This document shows, piece by piece, positions 51,706 to 61,781 of a stretch of DNA of 64,000 nucleotides. The stretch lies in assembly GCA_001805965.1 (NCBI GenBank), contig MHHG01000053.1:1512-65511 (forward strand), in the 5' to 3' direction. The DNA comes from Omnitrophica WOR_2 bacterium RIFOXYA2_FULL_38_17 (GTDB lineage Bacteria > Omnitrophota > Gorgyraeia > Zapsychrales > Zapsychraceae). A program made the position numbers and the translations under genes. Within the stretch, counting starts at the first letter, position 1. Each line of letters opens with the position of its first letter. Below the pieces are notes generated by a model. It ran no database searches. It saw only the letters and a program-made list of their open reading frames with translations, and had not been told where the DNA came from.

Positions 51706-52557
51706 TTACTGTTTTTTCATATAACTTAACCATTTTTTTTCAAGGTCCTCAACACTATTTATCTTTAACACATAAGCATCTTTTAATGCGCTTTCAAAAT
51801 TCTTACCATCGCGCAAATTCCTGCATAAGCTTCCAAAACGTTGATTCCCATATTCGTCGATCAAGAACTTTACTATTGTATAACTTTCCAAATAAAAGAC
51901 AGTTACTTTTAAAGAATCCTCTTCATCCCTAATATCAACATTAAACAGCACATCAAAAGGGACATATTCATTCGCTTCGATCAATCCCTTCATTGCATGA
52001 CGAGCCCGTGCTGCTTTTTCAGCTTCCTGTAACTGCGCAACACCTTCTTCAAACCACATAGGTATTACTTTCTCAAAGCCAATAAAATCCCATAGAATTA
52101 AATGGCTGATCTCATGGGGAAGGGTCTCATCGACAAATGACCCTTCCTGAACAAATGAAATAATACTTCTGGTGTTTGATAATTGCTTATGCCCGACGAC
52201 ACCTCCCCTTGACCATTCAGGCTGGCCAGTCGCCTCGACAAACGCATCTCTGTCTGAATATATAGTAATAACCGCTCGATTATCCCAGGTCCAAAAATTT
52301 CTATACCGCGCATAACCTATATCTTGCGCTACCTTATCATAATAGATCTCAGACTTATTAAGGATATCTCTTGCCCACGATGCTGTTTCGCTAGATGGAT
52401 ATTTTATAATAAAATGCTTTCCTCTCTCCTCTCTCCATCCGGATGAATTCGCATCTTTAACAACAAGTACATTTTGATGTAAAAGAACAAAGAGAAACAT
52501 GTATAATATTTTCAGTCTTTTTTTCATCTCATCTTTAGTAAAACAATGCAATATCAT
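51706..52557 (-). CDS. Exported MA-clan (gluzincin) zinc metallopeptidase
   Basis: LPHEISH...PMWFEEGVAQ, FYLES; signal peptide; ATGA overlap with gspF. Confidence 0.82.
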   Translation of the reverse strand: MILHCFTKDEMKKRLKILYMFLFVLLHQNVLVVKDANSSGWREERGKHFIIKYPSSETASWARDILNKSEIYYDKVAQDIGYARYRNFWTWDNRAVITIYSDRDAFVEATGQPEWSRGGVVGHKQLSNTRSIISFVQEGSFVDETLPHEISHLILWDFIGFEKVIPMWFEEGVAQLQEAEKAARARHAMKGLIEANEYVPFDVLFNVDIRDEEDSLKVTVFYLESYTIVKFLIDEYGNQRFGSLCRNLRDGKNFESALKDAYVLKINSVEDLEKKWLSYMKKQ

Positions 52558-53759
52558 GCAAATACATCAACCTGGAATATAGGCAATAACATGGCAAAAA
52601 CTATAAAGCCTACAATAACTCCAACAAGAAGGATCATCACGGGCTCAAGGAGCGTTGTAGTCATTTTTATCTTCTCGTCAATCTCCTGCTCATAAGTTTC
52701 AGCGATCTCAGCTAAAACATCATTAAGGCTTCCTGACTCTTCTCCAATTGATATCAAGTGCCCCATCATAGCAGGTATTTCGCTAGCAGCTTTTAACGAT
52801 TCTCCAAATGAACCTCCGGTTATAATATCCTGCTCACATTTTTTTAACTGGAGTACAAGCAAATCATTTTTAATTATTGGAGCTGCTATCCCTAAAGCCC
52901 TCACTAAAGGGATACCGCTTCTCATCAATAGTAAAAGGGTCGTCGAAAATCTTGTTAATTCACTTTTCAAAACCAGCTCGCCAAAAAAAGGCAGCCTCAG
53001 CATTGCCTTGCTTGATGCAAATCTACCAATCTTTGTTTTTCCCCACTGATGGAAAACCATAGCTGTAATTAATGACCCTATTATGACCCACGCCCACCAT
53101 TTTGACAAAAATGCGCTGACATTTATCAAGATAACAGTAACTAACGGTAACGCATCGCCCATTGATTCAAACAAGGATGACATCTTCGGCAAGACAAAAG
53201 TCAGAATGAAACAAATAGTCGCAACTCCCACAAATGCCATGAAAACAGGATACGCCATGGCCATTCTGATCTTAGACGATATCTCTTCTTGTCTCTTAAG
53301 ATGCTTTGAGACATTTGATAACATTTCCTGCAGATTGCCGCTTTCCTCACCAGCCCTTACCATGGTTACATATAAATACGGGAATATATTCTTGTATTCT
53401 GATATACATTCAGAAAAAGATTTTCCGTTCCTAACTCCCTGAACAATGTAATAAATAACTTTTCTGAAATACTGGTTAGCTGTCTGATCTTCAATAATCG
53501 TTAATGCCTTAAGAAGGGAAACACCCGCACGAAGAAGATTTACAAGCTGTTTACTAAACACATATAGCTCTTTCGTCCCGACTTTTCTTGCCAGGACGAT
53601 TTTCTTCCCTGGTTTGCCAACTTCTTCTTCCGTCACAGATACAGGGAGCAAACCTAGCTGATTGATAATATTTACTGCATCATCCTGGCTATTGGCATTT
53701 ATCTTGCCATTGACAGTTTCAGCATTTCTTTTTTTAGCTATATAGATGTATGTTTTCAT
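52554..53759 (-). CDS. gspF: T2SS/T4P platform protein GspF/PilC
   Basis: LLRAGVSL, AGEESGNL, AMAYP, GEESGSL, LLEP, AMLLPIF. Confidence 0.93.
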   Translation of the reverse strand: MKTYIYIAKKRNAETVNGKINANSQDDAVNIINQLGLLPVSVTEEEVGKPGKKIVLARKVGTKELYVFSKQLVNLLRAGVSLLKALTIIEDQTANQYFRKVIYYIVQGVRNGKSFSECISEYKNIFPYLYVTMVRAGEESGNLQEMLSNVSKHLKRQEEISSKIRMAMAYPVFMAFVGVATICFILTFVLPKMSSLFESMGDALPLVTVILINVSAFLSKWWAWVIIGSLITAMVFHQWGKTKIGRFASSKAMLRLPFFGELVLKSELTRFSTTLLLLMRSGIPLVRALGIAAPIIKNDLLVLQLKKCEQDIITGGSFGESLKAASEIPAMMGHLISIGEESGSLNDVLAEIAETYEQEIDEKIKMTTTLLEPVMILLVGVIVGFIVFAMLLPIFQVDVFA

Positions 53760-53841
53760 TTTAAAAAACTAATTCTTTTGAACGCCTTAAAAGATCACAA
53801 ATAGCAGATTAATATATTTTCAGATTCGATATTTCGGAAGG

Positions 53842-56100
53842 CTACTCTGCTGCTGAATTCTCGATAAACTTCTTAATAGATGCACGGTCAGCACTTGATA
53901 GATCAAGATAATAATTTACCATTGTATAAATATTTTCCATGCTATCTTCTTCTACCCTGCAAACCTTTGCTAAACACTCGATAGCTTTTTGGCTATGATC
54001 GATATATATCTTTAACTCTATGATCGACCCTATTTGAATTCTTTCTTTTGAAATAAATCTTAATCCCCCGGCGCTAATATCTTCAGTAACTGTTGTATAT
54101 TCCACTCCGCTTGGTACCAAAAAGTTCGGATCAGTTGCATCGATCTTTAGCGGGCAATATCTGATTTCAACATGTTCGAACACCCTGGGAAAAACCCTGG
54201 CATCATATAAATTCTTCACTTCCCACGTGCTCTGCCTTTTTATTTTATCACTGCGTGTAACGCGCCTTACTGCCCCTAATCCTTCCGTTTTTGCATATGA
54301 CATCTGCTCAGTTTCAAAGGCCCTCGCGCCTAAATGCTTTCTGTCGCGCTCCTTTCTTATTGCCATAAGATCCTTTTCCTCATCCTTTACAGTAACATTC
54401 ATAATTTCGCTGGGAGTTGTTTGACCTTCAAGGACTACTTTCCAGCCATTCTGCCTAAGAGATACCATGCCTTCCTGCATAGCTATCCTCTTTATATAAT
54501 CTGCTCTTGGATGGTCTAACACTGCTGACCTTATAGCATCATTAACCCTTAGTATCTCATAAATAGCCATTCTCCCGAAATATCCTGTGTGATTACAGTA
54601 ATCGCATCCCTCGCCCTTAAAGATCTTTATATCTTTTTGCTGCTCTTCTGTGAGGAATAAAGATGTCACAATTTCTTTCTTAATTCCCTCAGGAACATCA
54701 ACAACTTCTTTTTTACATTTCGGACAATTAACCCGCACCAGCCTTTGTGCAACAAAAGCTTCAACGCTTGAAGATACTAAATATGGCTCGATCCCCATAT
54801 CTATTAGCCTTGTTATGCCACTTGCCGAATCATTGGTATGTAAAGTTGAAAAGACCATATGCCCCGTCAGAGCTGTTCTTATTGCAATTTCTGCAGTCTC
54901 CACATCCCTTACCTCTCCGACCATAATAATATCCGGGTCATGCCTTAAGATACTCCTTAAACCATTAGAAAAATTGAAATCAACTTTTGAATTGACCTGG
55001 ACCTGGGTTATTCCTTCCATTTCATACTCAACAGGGTCTTCAATAGTGATTATCTTTCTCTCCGGAGAATTTATTTCATTTAAGCATGCATAAAGAGTAG
55101 TGGTCTTGCCGCTTCCCGTAGGGCCGGTAAGAAAGACTATCCCATATGGATTCTTTATAATTTCCCTGAATTTCTCGACGGTATCCTGGTTGAACCCCAG
55201 CTTCTCAAGCGAAAAAAGCATGACCTTTGTAGGAAGTATTCTAATAACCATACTCTCGCCCATAGGCGTTGGCATTGTAGAGATCCTTAAATCAAGCTTT
55301 TGCTCCCTAGTTTTAACAACCGTGCTCCCATCTTGAGGAAGACGCTTTTCGGTAATACTTAAATTAGCAAGTATCTTTATCCTGGATAATATCTGCGTAA
55401 GAAAATGCTTTAGCTTATCTGAAACATTTGCATCTACTAGAACCCCATCAATTCTATATCTGAACCTAACTTTATCCCTGTATGGCTCAATATGAATATC
55501 CGTTGCGCGCTTCTTAAAGGCCTCAAGTATTATTTGGTTTACAAGATTTGATACCGTCGGGTCCTGCGTCTCCCTTTCAATATCCTCGATCCATTGAACA
55601 TCAGTTGCAGATACAGACGCCTTTCTGACAGGATCTTTTGAAATGATCTTATCTATCGTGTCAGATGTAAAGCCATAATACTTTTTTAATGCCTCATTAA
55701 TTTCACTTTCAAGTGCAAGACAAAAATTAACATTAACGCCCAAATTCATCCTGATCTCATCATTAAGTATTACATCGATAGGTTTTGCAGAGGCAACCGT
55801 TATAACATTATCCTCAAACTTAACAGGCATAATTTTATAATACCAGGCAAATTTAACAGGAACCTTGTCAATAACACCTTGCTCTACATGAATATTACCT
55901 AGTTCAACAGATTCTATATTTAGCCCTCTAGAAAGTGAAACCAGGATCTGCCTTTCTGTAACGATATGATTGGAAAGAAGGTATTCTTTTAAAGACAACC
56001 CTTCATCTTTAGCTATTCTAGAATGATCTTTGATTTCTTCATTGGAAAGGACATTATTACTTGCTAAATTTTCCTGCAGTATTTTATCAAATTGCTTCAT
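53842..56100 (-). CDS. gspE: T2SS/T4P assembly ATPase GspE/PilB with C-terminal PilZ domain
   Basis: ATDIHIEP, LPQDG, GPTGSGKTTT, LRHDPD, TGH..STLHTN, CPKC/CDYC Zn site; C-terminal RVFPR and DISAGG. Confidence 0.92.
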   Translation of the reverse strand: MKQFDKILQENLASNNVLSNEEIKDHSRIAKDEGLSLKEYLLSNHIVTERQILVSLSRGLNIESVELGNIHVEQGVIDKVPVKFAWYYKIMPVKFEDNVITVASAKPIDVILNDEIRMNLGVNVNFCLALESEINEALKKYYGFTSDTIDKIISKDPVRKASVSATDVQWIEDIERETQDPTVSNLVNQIILEAFKKRATDIHIEPYRDKVRFRYRIDGVLVDANVSDKLKHFLTQILSRIKILANLSITEKRLPQDGSTVVKTREQKLDLRISTMPTPMGESMVIRILPTKVMLFSLEKLGFNQDTVEKFREIIKNPYGIVFLTGPTGSGKTTTLYACLNEINSPERKIITIEDPVEYEMEGITQVQVNSKVDFNFSNGLRSILRHDPDIIMVGEVRDVETAEIAIRTALTGHMVFSTLHTNDSASGITRLIDMGIEPYLVSSSVEAFVAQRLVRVNCPKCKKEVVDVPEGIKKEIVTSLFLTEEQQKDIKIFKGEGCDYCNHTGYFGRMAIYEILRVNDAIRSAVLDHPRADYIKRIAMQEGMVSLRQNGWKVVLEGQTTPSEIMNVTVKDEEKDLMAIRKERDRKHLGARAFETEQMSYAKTEGLGAVRRVTRSDKIKRQSTWEVKNLYDARVFPRVFEHVEIRYCPLKIDATDPNFLVPSGVEYTTVTEDISAGGLRFISKERIQIGSIIELKIYIDHSQKAIECLAKVCRVEEDSMENIYTMVNYYLDLSSADRASIKKFIENSAAE

Positions 56101-56102
56101 GT

Positions 56103-57674
<1,572 letters not shown>

Positions 57675-58526
57675 CTATTTCATAGTCATCATTCTTGCAG
57701 AAAATGTTTCACGAAGACTTTTATCAATATCACCTTTTTTTGCCTTAATATATTTCATGCCGACTTTTGTTCTTTCCTTCTTCATTTTGTCGACACTATC
57801 CTCAAGGAAGCTTGATTGTGCAGAAGCTGAAGCAATGATCGTATCAATAAAGATCTCATATAATCTTGTAGATACCCATAGATTTGTCAGGATCCCGATC
57901 ACCTGCATTGGATCAGACTCTTCAATAACCTCATCAAAAATATCCACAAATTCATGCTGCTTTTTTAACAAGTCAACACATGGCAACAGCTGAACTACTT
58001 TCCTTAATTGTGTGTCAAATGATTTTGGCCATGCGTAAACGACTAAAACCTTGCCAAGCCTGTCATTCATGATCTCGTCAACAAGATAATCCTTGACCAT
58101 AATAACCGTCTCATAAATACCTATAGCCTCCATATTATTAAAGGCTCTAATGTTCTGATCAATCTCTCTAAAACGAGCTTCCGCCTTGTTTCCAACTGCA
58201 ATTAATTTTACATCTTCATATTTTTCTTTTTCTTCAATAGCTGTTCTAAGTATCTTGTTATTAAATTCACCTAAAAAACTACCTTCTATGGTTACGGCTA
58301 ATATTCCGACTTTCTTGTTATCATTTTCGATCATAGGATGCTTTTTCTCAGTTAAACTTATCATCCTAAAGAACTCAACAAAAGTCTGTCCAAACCTTCT
58401 GAATTTATTTTTCTCGTTCATCAAAGTAAAGAGCTTGTTGTCAGCAATATCCTTCAACGTTTGAACAAGTTCAACCATTTCCTTTACATCTAACAATTCC
58501 CCTTTTACTTTACTTGCTTTACCCAT
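57675..58526 (-). CDS. atpG: Divergent F1 gamma subunit
   Basis: Size, position, N- and C-terminal helices, GILAVT.EGSFLGEFN (cf. DRGLCG.FN), IAVGNK. Confidence 0.75.
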   Translation of the reverse strand: MGKASKVKGELLDVKEMVELVQTLKDIADNKLFTLMNEKNKFRRFGQTFVEFFRMISLTEKKHPMIENDNKKVGILAVTIEGSFLGEFNNKILRTAIEEKEKYEDVKLIAVGNKAEARFREIDQNIRAFNNMEAIGIYETVIMVKDYLVDEIMNDRLGKVLVVYAWPKSFDTQLRKVVQLLPCVDLLKKQHEFVDIFDEVIEESDPMQVIGILTNLWVSTRLYEIFIDTIIASASAQSSFLEDSVDKMKKERTKVGMKYIKAKKGDIDKSLRETFSARMMTMK

Positions 58527-58563
58527 TTACAATTACCTTATATTCTTTAACACAATATCATAG

Positions 58564-59304
58564 TTAAAAATCAGAGGCAGCTTGTTTTTGTAGGGCTAAA
58601 CCCTTCTCTAGTATTGACTTCTTTATGCTTCCATCTAAAGCCATACTACCAAATTTTAAAAGAACTCCTCCGCCAATTTTTTCATCTGTGACAAAATTAA
58701 TATCTATCTTTCTGTTCATTTTCTTTAAAATGACCGCAGTTAACTTTTCTTTTACTTTAGCCTCAATTTGAGAAACTGCAACAACATCAACACTTTTTAT
58801 TTTATCATCGATCCTGCTCATATCCGTCTCTTCAAGATTAGATAAGAACTCATTTATTAAAACTTCGCTTAAAGCCCCTTTTGCCTTTTCACTCAATATT
58901 TTATTAAGTATTTCCATACTAAAATTTATCAGCTTAACATCAAACTCAGCCTGAATTTCTTGACGTATCTTATCTTTTGCATTCTGAGCTTTAGTGATAA
59001 TTTCCTCACCTTCTTCTCTTGCTTTTGAAACGGTCTTGTCCCTTTCAGCTTTCATTTCTTCTTCTGCCTCTTGGCGCAATTTATCGGTCAACTCCTTAAC
59101 CTCGATTTTCCTTTTCTCAAGCTGTTCATCCGCGTCTTTGATTTTCCTGCTTAATTCCGCCTGTTTTGCATTAGCCTTACTGATCTCATCATTAAGACTG
59201 TCAATCGCTTTCTGCTTACTCATATCAAAGGATCTTTTAACAAAAAACAATATGGCCCCTAAAAGCAACCCTACTAAAATAAAAAATTTTAAAATCAATT
59301 CCAT
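58564..59304 (-). CDS. atpF: F0 b subunit fused to the delta C-terminal domain
   Basis: N-terminal TM, long charged coiled coil (AREEGEEIITKA), C-terminal DEKIGGGVLLKFGSMALDGSI. Confidence 0.8.
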   Translation of the reverse strand: MELILKFFILVGLLLGAILFFVKRSFDMSKQKAIDSLNDEISKANAKQAELSRKIKDADEQLEKRKIEVKELTDKLRQEAEEEMKAERDKTVSKAREEGEEIITKAQNAKDKIRQEIQAEFDVKLINFSMEILNKILSEKAKGALSEVLINEFLSNLEETDMSRIDDKIKSVDVVAVSQIEAKVKEKLTAVILKKMNRKIDINFVTDEKIGGGVLLKFGSMALDGSIKKSILEKGLALQKQAASDF

Positions 59305-59374
59305 ATTAATTAACTCCTTTTATAAAGCATTTTTAATACCAGTCAGAAAAAAGTCTTATATAAAGTACTATTTT

Positions 59375-59608
59375 TTAATGATGAAAAACATTATAAAACA
59401 TGATCAAAAGAACAAAAGTTATGATTTCTGTAACGATCAACTTCCATACAATACTCATTTGTATCGCAGGCGTTTTTGTTGGATATCTGCCCAGGTCACC
59501 TATCATCTTATTTCCCAGCAGGGCAACTATTATACAAGGAACAATGATTATAACTGCATAAACACATGCAAATACAAATGCCTCTCTCCATAAATCAAAT
59601 TCAACCAT
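59375..59608 (-). CDS. Second, divergent c-subunit-like proteolipid
   Basis: Two TM helices, loop LGRYP, Glu exactly 20 residues after the loop Arg, the same spacing as the adjacent c subunit. Confidence 0.65.
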   Translation of the reverse strand: MVEFDLWREAFVFACVYAVIIIVPCIIVALLGNKMIGDLGRYPTKTPAIQMSIVWKLIVTEIITFVLLIMFYNVFHH

Positions 59609-59630
59609 TATTAATAATCCTTAAAATAAT

Positions 59631-59849
59631 CTATTTCCCAAAAAGCTGAAATATGACCAAAATAGCAACTATAGATATACCCTCAACAAAAATAAGCATA
59701 ACCACCATACCCATAAATATTTTAGAAGCCGCCGAAGGATTTCTTGCTAATGCCTTTACAACTGCCCTGCCAAGGACAGCAATAACAATAGCCGGCCCTA
59801 AAACAGCAACTAACATGATACCGACTATAATGAATGTCTCTGCTATCAT
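59631..59849 (-). CDS. atpE: F0 c subunit (divergent)
   Basis: Helical hairpin with ARNP loop and FVEG (Glu at Arg+20). Confidence 0.85.
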   Translation of the reverse strand: MIAETFIIVGIMLVAVLGPAIVIAVLGRAVVKALARNPSAASKIFMGMVVMLIFVEGISIVAILVIFQLFGK

Positions 59850-59871
59850 AAATTTATCCTATTTGTAATAT

Positions 59872-60159
59872 TTAAAATTCATCTTCCTGATCAACGATCT
59901 TCTTTTTTATCTGCTCTTCAACCATAATTGTGCACTCATTCGCAAAAAACCTGACAACTCCTCCATTTATTGGGATCCTTTCGTTCATATCAATAACAAC
60001 ATCACCTTTAACTAAAACACCTAACAAAGGATAATGATATGCTAAAAGCTCATACTCTCCTGTATCACCTGTGAGAAATACTGACTCAGCCTCCTTTTCA
60101 TATATCAATCTATATGGGCTTATAATAATGCATTTAAATTTTTGCGAAAATTGTACCAT
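59872..60159 (-). CDS. atpC: F1 epsilon subunit, N-terminal beta domain only
   Basis: IISP, GEYELLAYHYPL (cf. G.LGIL..H.P), INGG; 95 aa, ends in a short acidic tail. Confidence 0.8.
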   Translation of the reverse strand: MVQFSQKFKCIIISPYRLIYEKEAESVFLTGDTGEYELLAYHYPLLGVLVKGDVVIDMNERIPINGGVVRFFANECTIMVEEQIKKKIVDQEDEF

Positions 60160-60164
60160 ATTAA

Positions 60165-61712
60165 TTACTCATTCTTGGATGTTGCTTCTTCCAGGATATC
60201 CCTGCCTATATTTGACAGGATATCGGTATCCTCTTCATCTTCAATTTCTGGCCTTATCCCAGATGTCTTATTGAGATATGCCTCTATAATTTCATTAAAG
60301 GCATTTTCTATTTCCTCATCCATTTTTTTCCTTGCACGTAATTTTGTGATAATCTCAGGATTAAGGTCTTTTGCAAATTCTAAAATATTAAGCTGAAACT
60401 GATTAACAGCTTCTAAAGTTGGCAATTTATGCAAATACTTTTTATTAAATGCATATAATATGAGCACTAAAGATTCCATCGCCACCGGGCTGTCTTTATC
60501 CTGCCTTAATACACATCTCAATATCTCTCCGCTCCTAAGCTGCTCTAAAACCTCGTCTGATTGAGAACCTGACCTTAACTTAGACAGTCTTTCTAACTCC
60601 CTAAACTGCAAAAATTCAAGTCGCAAAGGCCCGCTCAACTGTTTAATAATAGGCCACTGTACCTTAGTACCGACACGTGAAACAGAAAGCCCCAGATCCA
60701 GCGCAGGTTTTTGACCTTCACCAAAGAGGGCAGCATCAAGCATTATCTGCCCATCGGTCATAGAAACAAGATTAGACGGAACAAAAGCAGTCAAGTCTCC
60801 CTCAAGAATCTCAACAATAGGCAGGAATGTCATCGAGCCTTGACCATGATCTTCATCCAAGTAACATGCGCGTTCGATCATCTTGGAATGCAGATAAAAA
60901 ATATCGCCAGGATAAGAATCTCTACCTGGTGCCCTTCCTAATAATAGAGAGATCTCCCTATAACACCAGGCATGCTTGGTAAAATCATCAAATCCAATAA
61001 ACACATGTTTGCCTCTATGCATAAAATATTCACCGATCGAACAAGCAACATAAGGCGACAAATACTGCTGCCCTGGAGGGCTTGATGAAGGCGCCGCAAC
61101 GATAATAGTATAATCAAATGCATCATAATCCTGAAAAAGCTGAACAACTCTTGCAAGCTGCGACCTTGCTTTGCCTGTTGCAACATAAATACATATGACC
61201 CCGGTATCCTTCTGATTCAAGATCGTATCAGTAATAAATGTTGTCTTTCCAGTCATCTTGTTACCAAGGATCAACTGTCTTTGCCCCAAGCCAATAGGTA
61301 TCATTGAATCAAGGACCTTGGTGCCGGTTTCAAGCGTAAGACATAATGGAAGTCTTTCAAGAATAGCAGGAGCAGCCGGAAAAATTGGATAGTATGCATC
61401 TTCCTTTATCGGGCCTAATCCGTCAAACGGCTCACATAATGAAGTAACAATACGTCCTATAAAATTCTTTCCAACAGGCACCCTAAAAGGCTCTAGCGAT
61501 GCCCTTGCTTCATCACCCGTTCTGATCTTAGATGCTTCTTTTAATATCAAAACGTTTGCTTCCTGCTCATTAAAGCCTAAGATCATACCAATGGAACCAT
61601 AACCAAAATTGATCAGCTGCCCATTAATACAATGATTTAGCCCGACGACATTGATAATACAGCCACGGATACTTTTTACATAACCAACTTCTGTATATTG
61701 TAATTCTGCCAC
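60165..61712 (-). CDS. atpA: Divergent F1 ATPase alpha subunit
   Basis: PIGLGQRQLILGNKMTGKT, DDFTKHA..YREISLLLGRAPGRDSYPGDIFYLHS, SMTDGQI, SVSRVG; GTG start after AGGAGG. Confidence 0.92.
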   Translation of the reverse strand: MAELQYTEVGYVKSIRGCIINVVGLNHCINGQLINFGYGSIGMILGFNEQEANVLILKEASKIRTGDEARASLEPFRVPVGKNFIGRIVTSLCEPFDGLGPIKEDAYYPIFPAAPAILERLPLCLTLETGTKVLDSMIPIGLGQRQLILGNKMTGKTTFITDTILNQKDTGVICIYVATGKARSQLARVVQLFQDYDAFDYTIIVAAPSSSPPGQQYLSPYVACSIGEYFMHRGKHVFIGFDDFTKHAWCYREISLLLGRAPGRDSYPGDIFYLHSKMIERACYLDEDHGQGSMTFLPIVEILEGDLTAFVPSNLVSMTDGQIMLDAALFGEGQKPALDLGLSVSRVGTKVQWPIIKQLSGPLRLEFLQFRELERLSKLRSGSQSDEVLEQLRSGEILRCVLRQDKDSPVAMESLVLILYAFNKKYLHKLPTLEAVNQFQLNILEFAKDLNPEIITKLRARKKMDEEIENAFNEIIEAYLNKTSGIRPEIEDEEDTDILSNIGRDILEEATSKNE

Positions 61713-61781
61713 GCTATCTTTCCTCCTAAAATAATAATCAAATTACACAACAGCATTTCAACACAATCCACGATACTATCT

